Assembly (NCBI GenBank): GCA_025451755.1
Contig: JANWJT010000017.1
Location: forward strand, 82,147-135,892
DNA length: 53,746 nucleotides
Source of the DNA: Candidatus Microgenomates bacterium
GTDB lineage: Bacteria; Patescibacteriota; Microgenomatia; Levybacterales; UBA12049
Direction: 5' to 3'
The notes under the pieces are model-generated. The model did not search any database, had not been told where the DNA came from, and saw nothing but the letters and a program-made list of their open reading frames with translations. Made by a program: the position numbers and the translations under genes. The stretch's first letter is position 1; each line of letters starts with the position of its first letter. This document shows positions 8,685-17,367 of this stretch, piece by piece.

Positions 8685-9136
8685 AAAATATGGCAAAAAA
8701 GAGTTCAAAAATAAATGAAGTACAGACGCTCAAGAAAAAAAACGAAGAACTCGAGGGTCATATAAAAAGAACGTTGGCAGATTATCAAAATCTAGAAAAA
8801 AGGGTAGCAGAAGAAAGACAGAATTTGATAAAATCAGCTACCAGAGGGTTTATTTTAAAATTATTACCTGCTCTTGATACCTTGATTCTTGCTAAAAAAC
8901 ATACTGAAGATCAGGGACTCGAGCTTGCCATACAGCAATTATCTGATATATTAGAAAAGGAAGGGGTAAAAAAAATAGAAACATTCGAAAAAGATTTTGA
9001 CCCAAAATATATGGAATGCGTTACTGTAGCAGAGGGAGAAGATGGGAAAGTTATCGAAGAATTAAAAACAGGTTATACTTTAAATGAAAATGTTTTAAGA
9101 GCTTCACAGGTAGCTGTAGGAAAAGGAGGGAATTAA
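8678..9136 (+). CDS. grpE: Nucleotide exchange factor GrpE (short)
   Basis: Coiled-coil N-terminus, LADYQNLEKR (the conserved GrpE 'DFxNxRKR'-like segment), and its position between hrcA and dnaK. An alternative start exists at 8690. Confidence 0.85.
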   Translation: MVKNMAKKSSKINEVQTLKKKNEELEGHIKRTLADYQNLEKRVAEERQNLIKSATRGFILKLLPALDTLILAKKHTEDQGLELAIQQLSDILEKEGVKKIETFEKDFDPKYMECVTVAEGEDGKVIEELKTGYTLNENVLRASQVAVGKGGN

Positions 9137-9139
9137 ATT

Positions 9140-11077
9140 ATGGGAAAAATTATTGGAATAGATTTAGGTACAACAAACTCAGCATCTGCTGTAATGGAGG
9201 GTGGATCTCCTAAAATTATTCACTCTTCGGAAGGAAGAAATACAACTCCTTCTGTTGTTGATCCTATTTCTCACATTGTCGGAGATGTTGCAAAACGTCA
9301 GTTAGTACTAAAGCCAAAACAAACTATATTTTCAGTTAAAAGATTAATGGGAAGAAAGTTTAAAGATGCCTCTGTTCAAGGCGATATTAAATGGATTCCT
9401 TATACAGTAAAATCTAGTAGAGATGAAATGGCTGTTGTTGAAGTTGAAGGAAGAACTTTTACTCCTCAAGAAATCTCAGCACGGATTCTTCAAAAAATAA
9501 AAAGCGATGCCGAAAGTTATCTTGGTGGAAAAGTAACACAGGCAGTTATTACAGTTCCTGCGTATTTTGACGACAGTCAGCGTCAGGCAACAAAACAAGC
9601 AGGTGAAATTGCAGGACTTGAAGTTTTAAGAATCATAAATGAACCAACTGCTGCAGCCTTAGCTTACGGGCTAGATAAAAAAAATGCTCATGCTATTGCA
9701 GTTTACGATTTGGGCGGAGGAACTTTTGATATTTCTATTCTTGAGCTTGGAGAAGGAGTTTACGAAGTAAAGTCAACAAACGGAGATACTCATTTGGGAG
9801 GAGACGATTTCGATCAGCTAATCGTAGATTATCTTGCAGAGGAGTTCAAAAAAGAAAATGGAGTTGATCTAAAAAAAGATCCTCAGGCACTTCAGCGCTT
9901 GCGAGAAGCTGGAGAAAAAGCAAAAATAGAATTATCATCTTCAACAGAAGCACAAATTAATCAGCCATTCATAACGCAAGGGAAAGACGGACCGTTGCAT
10001 CTTACAATGACTTTAACTCGGGCAAAGCTTGAGCAAATTGTTGATGTTCTTATTCAAAAAACCATAAAACCGGTTGAACAGGCACTAAAAGATGCAAAAG
10101 TAAAAGTATCGGACATTGACGAAATTGTTCTTGTTGGCGGAATGACAAGAATGCCAAAAATTGTCGAGGCAGTAACTAAATTTTTTGGCAAGGAACCAAA
10201 TAAATCTGTAAATCCCGATGAGGTTGTTGCAATTGGGGCTGCCATTCAGGGAGGAGTTTTGGGCGGAGAGGTAAAAGACGTTCTGCTTTTAGATGTAACC
10301 CCTTTAACGCTTGGCATAGAAACTTTAGGTGGTGTTTCAACTCCTCTTATTGCGAGAAATACAACGATTCCGACTTCCAAATCTCAGGTTTTTTCTACAG
10401 CGGCAGATAATCAAACACAAGTAGAAATAAATGTTTTGCAGGGAGAAAGACCAATGACTGCGGACAATAAATCTTTAGGAAGGTTTGCTTTGGACGGTAT
10501 TCCTCCTTCTCCGCGAGGAGTCCCTCAGGTAGAAGTAACATTCGATATAGATGCAAACGGAATTCTAAATGTAAAAGCTCAAGACAAAGCAACTGGTAAG
10601 GAGCAGAGCATAAAAATTACCGGATCAACTGGACTTACAAAAGAAGAAGTCGAGAAAATGACCAAGGAAGCAGAAGAGCATGCAAAAGAAGATTTAGAAA
10701 AAAAAGAGCAAATAGAAGCCAAAAATTCAGCAGATTCATTAATATTCACAGCAGAAAAAACACTTAAAGACGCCGGTGACAAAGTTGACTCAAATCTTAA
10801 GAAAGAAGTAGAAGATAAAATTGCCGATCTTAAATCTGTTCTTGAAACAGGGACAAAAGAAGATCTAGAGAGTAAAACAAAGGATCTTTCCGATTCTCTA
10901 CAAAAAGTTGGACAGGCAATGTACAGTAAAGGACAACAACCAACCGATGATAAAACTCAGCAGCAAACTGACGATAAAAAGGAGACAGAAGATTCACAAT
11001 CAGATTCAAATGATTCAAAAAAAGAAAAAGCAGACTCGGGTAAAGAAGAACCGGTCGAAGGCGAAGTAGTAAATTAA
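9140..11077 (+). CDS. dnaK: Molecular chaperone DnaK (Hsp70)
   Basis: [18 protein letters not shown] and [10 protein letters not shown] signatures, with an AGGAGG Shine-Dalgarno sequence 8 nt upstream. Confidence 0.98.
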   Translation: MGKIIGIDLGTTNSASAVMEGGSPKIIHSSEGRNTTPSVVDPISHIVGDVAKRQLVLKPKQTIFSVKRLMGRKFKDASVQGDIKWIPYTVKSSRDEMAVVEVEGRTFTPQEISARILQKIKSDAESYLGGKVTQAVITVPAYFDDSQRQATKQAGEIAGLEVLRIINEPTAAALAYGLDKKNAHAIAVYDLGGGTFDISILELGEGVYEVKSTNGDTHLGGDDFDQLIVDYLAEEFKKENGVDLKKDPQALQRLREAGEKAKIELSSSTEAQINQPFITQGKDGPLHLTMTLTRAKLEQIVDVLIQKTIKPVEQALKDAKVKVSDIDEIVLVGGMTRMPKIVEAVTKFFGKEPNKSVNPDEVVAIGAAIQGGVLGGEVKDVLLLDVTPLTLGIETLGGVSTPLIARNTTIPTSKSQVFSTAADNQTQVEINVLQGERPMTADNKSLGRFALDGIPPSPRGVPQVEVTFDIDANGILNVKAQDKATGKEQSIKITGSTGLTKEEVEKMTKEAEEHAKEDLEKKEQIEAKNSADSLIFTAEKTLKDAGDKVDSNLKKEVEDKIADLKSVLETGTKEDLESKTKDLSDSLQKVGQAMYSKGQQPTDDKTQQQTDDKKETEDSQSDSNDSKKEKADSGKEEPVEGEVVN

Positions 11078-11106
11078 ATATAACCTAATATAAATGATTT
11101 TAATTA

Positions 11107-11127
11107 AGCGCGGTAAACGCGCTTTTG
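11107..11127 (+). terminator. Rho-independent terminator after dnaK
   Basis: AGCGCG-gtaaa-CGCGCT hairpin followed by TTTTGT. Confidence 0.6.
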
Positions 11128-11146
11128 TAATATAATAAACAAGTTC

Positions 11147-12046
11147 ATGGCACAAAAAGATTATTACCAAGTTTTAGGAGTTACAAAAAATTCATCGGCC
11201 GATGAAATTAAAAAAGCTTACAGAAAATTAGCTCTTCAATATCATCCTGACAGAAATAAAACTAAAGAGGCAGACAAAAAATTTAAAGAAGTTACTCAGG
11301 CATATGAAGTTTTGTCAGATTCCCAAAAAAAACAATCCTATGATCAATTTGGTCATCAGGCTTTTACTCAAGGCGCAGGAGGTCAGGGACCTTTCGGCGG
11401 CGCTCAGGGCGGACAAGGAAATGCCGGAAGATACGGACCATTTACTTATACGTATTCAACTTCAGGAGGAAGAGAAGGAGCAGATTTTGATTTTGGAGGA
11501 TTCTCAGATCCATTCGAAATATTCGAGCAATTTTTTGGAGGCGGGTCTCCATTCGGTTCCCGCCAGAGACGTTCTGCATACTCACTTTCAGTCGATTTTA
11601 TAGAGGCAGTTAAGGGAACAACAAAAAAAATATCAATTGGAGGAAAAGATCAAACCATAAAAATTCCGGCAGGAGTTGATGACGGATCAAGAATTAGGTT
11701 TGCAGATTATGATGTTATTGTCGATGTTAAAAAGGACCCAAGATTTAGAAGAGAGGGGTACGATATTATTTCCGAAATTGAAATTCCGTTTTTTAAAGCG
11801 GCATTGGGAGATACAGTAAGTGTCATAACAGTAGATGATCAGGTAAAATTTAATGTTCCTGCAGGTACTCAGCCGGATACGATTGTAAAACTTAGGCAAA
11901 GAGGAGTGACTCACTTAAGAGGTTCGGGGCGCGGAGAACATTATGTAAAAATCAAAGTTGTAATTCCTAAAAATCTTACAGGGCATCAGAAAAATCTTCT
12001 CAAAGAATTTGGAGAAGAAAGTAAAAATAAAAAAGGTTGGTTTTAG
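11147..12046 (+). CDS. dnaJ: J-domain co-chaperone (DnaJ/CbpA type, no zinc-finger domain)
   Basis: J-domain with HPD (LQYHPDRNK), a G/F-rich region and a C-terminal substrate-binding domain. The protein contains no cysteine at all, so the CxxCxGxG repeats are absent. Confidence 0.85.
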   Translation: MAQKDYYQVLGVTKNSSADEIKKAYRKLALQYHPDRNKTKEADKKFKEVTQAYEVLSDSQKKQSYDQFGHQAFTQGAGGQGPFGGAQGGQGNAGRYGPFTYTYSTSGGREGADFDFGGFSDPFEIFEQFFGGGSPFGSRQRRSAYSLSVDFIEAVKGTTKKISIGGKDQTIKIPAGVDDGSRIRFADYDVIVDVKKDPRFRREGYDIISEIEIPFFKAALGDTVSVITVDDQVKFNVPAGTQPDTIVKLRQRGVTHLRGSGRGEHYVKIKVVIPKNLTGHQKNLLKEFGEESKNKKGWF

Positions 12047-12076
12047 TCCTCATTTTGTGCTACGATAAATTACAAC

Positions 12077-12367
12077 ATGCCTTGCCCAGATGGAGTTCAA
12101 ACAGATTTAGGATGTATTCCAAATGACCCCTTTGCCTTTGTTACAAAATTTTATGGAATAGGGCTTGGGGTAATTGGTGGAGTTGCTCTTCGTTTTATTA
12201 TTTTTGGTGGATATACAATTCTTACTTCGCAAGGGCAGCCCGATAAGATTAGTAAGGGAAAAAGTTATATCTATTATGCAATTGCAGGGCTTCTCTTGGC
12301 GATTTTTGGTTATGTCTTAATTCAAATTATAGCTGTTGATGTATTGCATATTCCGGGATTTAGATAA
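12077..12367 (+). CDS. Small two-TM protein resembling the CPR 'type IV secretion system pilin' (TrbC/VirB2-like) family
   Basis: The pattern DLGCIPNDP...GLGVIGGVALRFIIFGGYTILTSQGQPDKISKGKSYIYYAIAGLLLAIFGYVLIQIIAVDVL matches my recollection of the family: two hydrophobic helices with a short G.P.K loop between them. No N-terminal signal peptide is present, and an in-frame TAG lies 31 nt upstream of the ATG. Confidence 0.55.
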   Translation: MPCPDGVQTDLGCIPNDPFAFVTKFYGIGLGVIGGVALRFIIFGGYTILTSQGQPDKISKGKSYIYYAIAGLLLAIFGYVLIQIIAVDVLHIPGFR

Positions 12368-12433
12368 TAAGTTTGACGAATGAGAATATGCATAGTATGC
12401 TAAAAAGAGACATTTGATCCTGTTATTGGAGGA

Positions 12434-12461
12434 TTGATATTTTTATTTTAAGGTTTATAAT
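12434..12461 (+). promoter_or_regulatory. Promoter TTGATA-16-TATAAT upstream of the PrsA-like gene
   Basis: Both hexamers are read directly from the sequence. The leader is 17 nt with no Shine-Dalgarno sequence. Confidence 0.5.
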
Positions 12462-12478
12462 TTAACCCATATAGTAAC

Positions 12479-13408
12479 ATGGATGGTCAAGAAACAAAGG
12501 AAGTAGATAGTACACAAAAAGCTTCACAGCCTCAGCCGGTACCGGGCCGTTCTAATAAGAAGCGGTTTGCAATCGGTATTATTATTTTGCTAATTTTCCT
12601 TTTTGCCGCTTTTGGTCTTTATAGCTTAACTCGCAAACAAGTTCCTGCCGATATTCTTCTTGCAACAGTTGGAAATGAAAAAATTTATAAGAGTACTGTA
12701 GAGAAAGTGGCAGAAGAGCAATATGTCCCGTCTGCAATAGATAATGTGGTTTTAAAAAGATTTCTTGATGTTACTATAGAAAGATTAATTTTGAATAACG
12801 AAGCAAAAAAACTAGAGATCGTTGTTTCGGATAGCGAAATAAGTAATTATCTAAACGAAAATAAATTATCGGAAAAAGCGAAATTAATAGCAAAATACAC
12901 GCTCTTGAAAGAAAAAATCATAACGAGCCAAATTAAAAATGTTGAAGCATACACAGTGGGTTTTTGGATACCTCCTTATTCATACCCGCAAGAACCAGAG
13001 TTTGATTTACAAAGAAAAGAAGGAGAAAGTGCGCTTAGTGAAATCGAACAAAAACTTAAGGCAGGAGAAACGGCATCTGCTGCAGCAAGCGCTGCATACT
13101 TAAAATATCCTAGGTTACAGAATATACTAGCAGTAAATGGATATCTTTTGAAAACGGTAACTGAACAAAGCTTAATTACAACCCCAAAAGAATATGTATT
13201 TAGTAGCGAAAACGCAGGACAAATATTCTATGACACCTTGTTCTCTTTAAGAAATATTGGAGAAGTAAGAAAAATACAAGGAGAAGATGGCTCGGGAGGG
13301 TCAGTGATTAAGCTAGTTGCAATAAATTCCGGAATGGACTTAGGATATGAAGATTGGTTGAATGAAAAAAAGAAAGCATTAGTTACAATGCATAATAATT
13401 TAGAATGA
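12479..13408 (+). CDS. Membrane-anchored SurA/PrsA-like foldase (parvulin-like domain degenerate)
   Basis: One N-terminal TM helix followed by a SurA_N-like helical region (VGNEKIYKSTVEKV...LILNNEAKKLEI). This is weak similarity only. Confidence 0.4.
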   Translation: MDGQETKEVDSTQKASQPQPVPGRSNKKRFAIGIIILLIFLFAAFGLYSLTRKQVPADILLATVGNEKIYKSTVEKVAEEQYVPSAIDNVVLKRFLDVTIERLILNNEAKKLEIVVSDSEISNYLNENKLSEKAKLIAKYTLLKEKIITSQIKNVEAYTVGFWIPPYSYPQEPEFDLQRKEGESALSEIEQKLKAGETASAAASAAYLKYPRLQNILAVNGYLLKTVTEQSLITTPKEYVFSSENAGQIFYDTLFSLRNIGEVRKIQGEDGSGGSVIKLVAINSGMDLGYEDWLNEKKKALVTMHNNLE

Positions 13409-14955
13409 GACGATATTTATTTATTATTTTTTTATTTTTTATTGTTATGTTGTTGTTTGCAGATAGTGCGCGGGCAAATCATAACAGGCCTAATTGCTTG
13501 GGCATGTATGGAACTGTTCAAGGCGTAAATTATTCGGGGGGTCAGATAAAAGTATCTTGCGGGGGAGATGCAGGTCCTTCAGGATGCACAGGAAATTCTG
13601 CAATGCTTTCGCCGGGACAAAGTTTCCATTTTGATAATTGCAGTTGTCCACCATATACAGATGGGTGTCTAAAAGTAGAAAATGTTCCTTGGTTATGTTC
13701 TGCAGGATATGATATGGCTTGTGGCACAAATGGCCAAGTATTACGTAAAGATATAACGCTTTCTTGTCTACTTCCTCCATCTGCATCTCCAACTTCTACT
13801 CCAACTCCAGTACCAATCCCGCCATCAAATCTTGGCGTTGAAGCAGTCTGTCTTGCAAGCGGTACTCCGCAGGTTAAATTTACTTGGAGACCTGGAGAAA
13901 GTCCGTCGCTTTGGCTTGACATTACTAAAGAACAGTCATTTGGTTTGAATTTCTATAACAGAGATGTGACAGATAATAGCAATGCCGGTATTTTCTATTG
14001 GGACACTTTGCGTAAAATCAAGCTTAATACCTCAAACACCAATGATTATGCTCCGGAGATAAATACAACATATAATTGGAGACTTAATTATGGACCTGCC
14101 TCTGTAAACGGTCAAAGTTTTACGACACCTGCCACTTGTGTTCCTTCCACAACAATATCGCCAACAGAATCACCGACTCCTACTCCAACAGGTACACCGA
14201 CCCCTACGCCAACACCAAGCATAGTACCAAGCGGTCCTCCTGTAACTTTACCGCCCCTAACTCCTCCTGTAACTCCTCCTGTAACTTCTACTCCAAGACC
14301 ATCGGCAACATTTACTCCTAAGCCTCCTACTCCAACACCAACGCCTGACCTTTTTAGTCCTGCAATGTGCAAATGTGACGGAATGGAAGCAACCGGAATT
14401 TTCCCTGGCGCAAACGTGTCGTTTAGTGCATTTGCTAAAGTATTTGGTACCGATGTCAATTTCGCTAAGGTAAAAGATATTACGTTTTCGGTTTATGAAA
14501 GCCCGGAAAATAAACCAAATACAGCTATTCGAATTGCACAGTCAAGTCCAATCTCTGCTCAAGAGATTTTAAAAGATTCTTCAGCAATAAGGTATAAATC
14601 AAATTGGAATTTTATATTTCCTGCTAATGTAAATACATCTTCTTTGTATAGAGTAACAGCGCAAATAAATTGTGTTAAAAAAGTTGCAATGGCTCCTTCG
14701 AACGTACTTGGCGAAGAAACTGTGCGCCCAAGCTTTATCCAAAATCTCCTCTCCTTTTTAAGAAAGCCTTTGGATTTTGTGGGAGGATTGTTTGGCGGCG
14801 GGGATTCTGAACTATTGTCTGAATCACCTTCTGAGCTGGCAGTACCGACACAAACTACAAACCAGAGGACAGGACTTCAGCTTAAAACTATTCAGCCCGC
14901 TCAAATGCTTGAAAAGTCCTGCTCGCTACTTAAATTTAAGTTTAATAATCAATAG
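13405..14955 (+). CDS. Secreted three-module protein with a Cys-rich N-domain and Pro/Thr linkers
   Basis: Signal peptide (LFIIFLFFIVMLLFADSARA), about 12 Cys in the first module, and two PT-rich linkers (SPTSTPTPVPIPP; PTESPTPTPTGTPTPTPTP...PPTPTPTP). Its start overlaps the upstream stop (ATGA). Confidence 0.6.
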   Translation: MRRYLFIIFLFFIVMLLFADSARANHNRPNCLGMYGTVQGVNYSGGQIKVSCGGDAGPSGCTGNSAMLSPGQSFHFDNCSCPPYTDGCLKVENVPWLCSAGYDMACGTNGQVLRKDITLSCLLPPSASPTSTPTPVPIPPSNLGVEAVCLASGTPQVKFTWRPGESPSLWLDITKEQSFGLNFYNRDVTDNSNAGIFYWDTLRKIKLNTSNTNDYAPEINTTYNWRLNYGPASVNGQSFTTPATCVPSTTISPTESPTPTPTGTPTPTPTPSIVPSGPPVTLPPLTPPVTPPVTSTPRPSATFTPKPPTPTPTPDLFSPAMCKCDGMEATGIFPGANVSFSAFAKVFGTDVNFAKVKDITFSVYESPENKPNTAIRIAQSSPISAQEILKDSSAIRYKSNWNFIFPANVNTSSLYRVTAQINCVKKVAMAPSNVLGEETVRPSFIQNLLSFLRKPLDFVGGLFGGGDSELLSESPSELAVPTQTTNQRTGLQLKTIQPAQMLEKSCSLLKFKFNNQ

Positions 14956-15019
14956 ATTTCCTCCTTCAAGTGTGCTACTATTTCTTTATGACTGCCGGTA
15001 TGATTTCGGTTAAATAAAT

Positions 15020-17365
15020 ATGACAAAACATCTGCCCGGAATTAAGAAAATTTTTGTTAGTGTCTTGTTTCTTCTCTTGCTAGTTATTCCAAGTCTTTTC
15101 TATCCTCAAAAAATAATTGCTCAAACTCCTACTCCGTCAGCCGAAGGGCAATGGGTTAAGGATGATGAAGTTACTTTTGTTGGAAAAGCTGCAGTAAGGT
15201 CCGGGGAATTCTTAGACTGGACTCTTGCAAATTACAACTGGTCTTCTGTTTCGAGCGGACAAAATAATCCACTTGCAGCTTTTTGGGCAACAATACGAAA
15301 TATTGTCTATGCATTCTTTACTCTTTTTGTTCTGGTTTCAGCTTTTGTAATAATTGTTACCCGCGGACGGAACATAACTGTCATGAAATTTATTCCAAGA
15401 TTTATAATGATACTTCTCCTTGTTACTTTTTCCTTTGCTCTTATACAATTTATATATCAAATAACAGATGCTATCCAAGGATTCTTCTTAAGAAATCCCG
15501 ATGCGTCAACTTTTGCTCAGCATCCCACCATATGGCAGGGGAACCTTTTATTTGTAGGCTTTGGATATGATTTTCAAGGGTATAGAATACTCGGGTCTGC
15601 ATTTGACGAGTCTTATTTCGTATCTCTTCTTCTCGTTAAGCTAACAGCTTTAACTTACTACATGATGGTTGGAATACTTATTCTTAGAAAAATTATTCTT
15701 TGGTTTTTTATTATAATTTCGCCGATATTTCCGCTTCTTCTCTTATACTCTCCAATTAGAAATACTGCGAAGATTTGGGTAGGAGAATTTTTTCGCTGGC
15801 TTTTATACGCTCCTATTTTTGCAATTTTTCTTTCTGGCTTGGTTCATTTGTGGGCCTCAAGCACAAGTACACTTTCTGGTATTCCTTTAAAGTTTAATTT
15901 TAACGGAGCAGTTGAGTATCAAACAGCAATAAGTATCCTCTTGGGAGGACCGGGTCAGATAGTAGGACTTACCAACAGCGTAAACAATAAAGACACATTT
16001 GCTTTATATGTAGTGGCGCTTCTCATGCTTTGGGTTGTTATTATTTTGCCATTTCTTCTTCTTAAAATTTTTCTTGATTTCTTGCGTGATTTTTCTTTTA
16101 GTGAAAGTACTCTTATGAAGCAATTGGTAGCTGGAGGATCTTCTCTGGTTGGAAGAGGTGCGGGAGGAAAACCTCCGCCGCCTCCTTCTATGCAGCCAGA
16201 AGGAGTAGCTCGTCCGCTTCCTTTTACATCTGCTAAGATTGCGATTCCGCAGATACGAACAAACGAAGCGATAATAAATGCGCAAGCGGCTAATATAAAA
16301 GAAACTCAAATGAGCTCCAGTCTGCTTCGGCTTGCAAATTTAAGTATTCCTACCATGAAAGATATAGCAAAATATGAAACTTCTCTTTTGTCATCCGATA
16401 TTGGTAAGCATCAGGATATTGCAAAGTTTCATGAAGCACTTGAGGGAATAGCAAATCCTCATAGGGTAGCAACTCCAACGCAAAGAGATCAGTATAATCA
16501 CTTGCAAGAAAAATTAAAACAGGAGGCAAGAAGAGGTGATCCACTTGCTAACTCTATTTTATCGGCAGCAAAATCCGTTTCGGGTAAAGACACTACTCCA
16601 TCTGTTGAAACAGCCAAGCTAAATTCAGTACTTGCGGGGGTAAACAATTTAGATAGTATTAGCTCGGTTGAGGAAAGACAAAAATCAAGTTCTATCAAAA
16701 CCGCTCTGACTCAAGCCCAAGAAAAAGGTGACCCATTGGCAATTTCGGTGTTGTCTGCAATGCAAAAAGGAGAAGCTGGAATAGATGAAAGCTTGAAGCA
16801 AAAATTATTCGAAGCAAAAGAAAAAGGAAACGCTCTTGCTGCTTCTATTCTAGAAGCTTCGGGCGGAACAGATCTTAAAGGAGATAAAAGTTTCCCGGCA
16901 TCGAATAGAGTTCAGTCTGTAAGCATAGATGATTACGAATCTGTTAAAAAGATATGGCAGGAAAATTATCAAAAACTTGAACCGCCAAAGACAATAGATG
17001 GAAAACAAAGAGACAGAAAGGAATGGATTTCAAATGATATAGATAAAATCTCTGAAACCATAAATCTTTTAGCTTCATCCGATCCTCAAAATGTAGCAAA
17101 GGGAATGGAAGCAGTGGGAGCTATTCTTCCATTCCTTCTTGTCGGTGGATTTTCCCAAACCGAAGTAACAACTTATCTTAAAGCAAAACTTGAGGCGGCG
17201 AAAGCAGTAAAAGAAGAAATAGGCAAAAAAGAAGAAGAGGAATCTACGATGCTTGACACGTCAAAGAAGAAAGAGGAAAAGCCTAAAGAATTAGAAGTTC
17301 AGGAAGAGCTAAAAAAACCCGAAGAAATAATTGACAGCGATAAGAATAAAGATGGTACTATATAA
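15020..17365 (+). CDS. Large polytopic membrane protein (TrbL/VirB6-like topology) with a repeat-containing cytoplasmic C-terminal domain
   Basis: Signal peptide, an extracytoplasmic N-domain, at least 6 TM helices, a PPPPPP hinge, then about 400 soluble residues. The soluble region carries three copies of a (K/R)GDPLAxS(I/V)LSA-like motif and an acidic/Lys-rich tail. Confidence 0.5.
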   Translation: MTKHLPGIKKIFVSVLFLLLLVIPSLFYPQKIIAQTPTPSAEGQWVKDDEVTFVGKAAVRSGEFLDWTLANYNWSSVSSGQNNPLAAFWATIRNIVYAFFTLFVLVSAFVIIVTRGRNITVMKFIPRFIMILLLVTFSFALIQFIYQITDAIQGFFLRNPDASTFAQHPTIWQGNLLFVGFGYDFQGYRILGSAFDESYFVSLLLVKLTALTYYMMVGILILRKIILWFFIIISPIFPLLLLYSPIRNTAKIWVGEFFRWLLYAPIFAIFLSGLVHLWASSTSTLSGIPLKFNFNGAVEYQTAISILLGGPGQIVGLTNSVNNKDTFALYVVALLMLWVVIILPFLLLKIFLDFLRDFSFSESTLMKQLVAGGSSLVGRGAGGKPPPPPSMQPEGVARPLPFTSAKIAIPQIRTNEAIINAQAANIKETQMSSSLLRLANLSIPTMKDIAKYETSLLSSDIGKHQDIAKFHEALEGIANPHRVATPTQRDQYNHLQEKLKQEARRGDPLANSILSAAKSVSGKDTTPSVETAKLNSVLAGVNNLDSISSVEERQKSSSIKTALTQAQEKGDPLAISVLSAMQKGEAGIDESLKQKLFEAKEKGNALAASILEASGGTDLKGDKSFPASNRVQSVSIDDYESVKKIWQENYQKLEPPKTIDGKQRDRKEWISNDIDKISETINLLASSDPQNVAKGMEAVGAILPFLLVGGFSQTEVTTYLKAKLEAAKAVKEEIGKKEEEESTMLDTSKKKEEKPKELEVQEELKKPEEIIDSDKNKDGTI

Positions 17366-17367
17366 GT

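Noticed and set aside
11304-11603. 99-aa alternative-frame ORF inside dnaJ
   Set aside because: It lies within the G/F-rich region of a conserved J-protein gene, where GC-richer Gly codons suppress stops in other frames.
13542-14459. Antisense ORFs 13542-13922 and 14112-14459 (minus strand), plus short plus-strand alternatives inside the 516-aa secreted protein gene
   Set aside because: They lie opposite the GC-richer Pro/Thr-linker DNA and translate to G/V repeats (GVGVGVG...). This is typical shadow ORF behaviour in repetitive codon runs.
12077-17365. Calling the pilin-like and VirB6-like genes a type IV secretion system
   Set aside because: No VirB4, VirB11 or VirD4 ATPases and no VirB8/9/10-like components are present in the window. 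Only the resemblance of two components is supported, so the region is reported as a candidate novel module rather than a T4SS.
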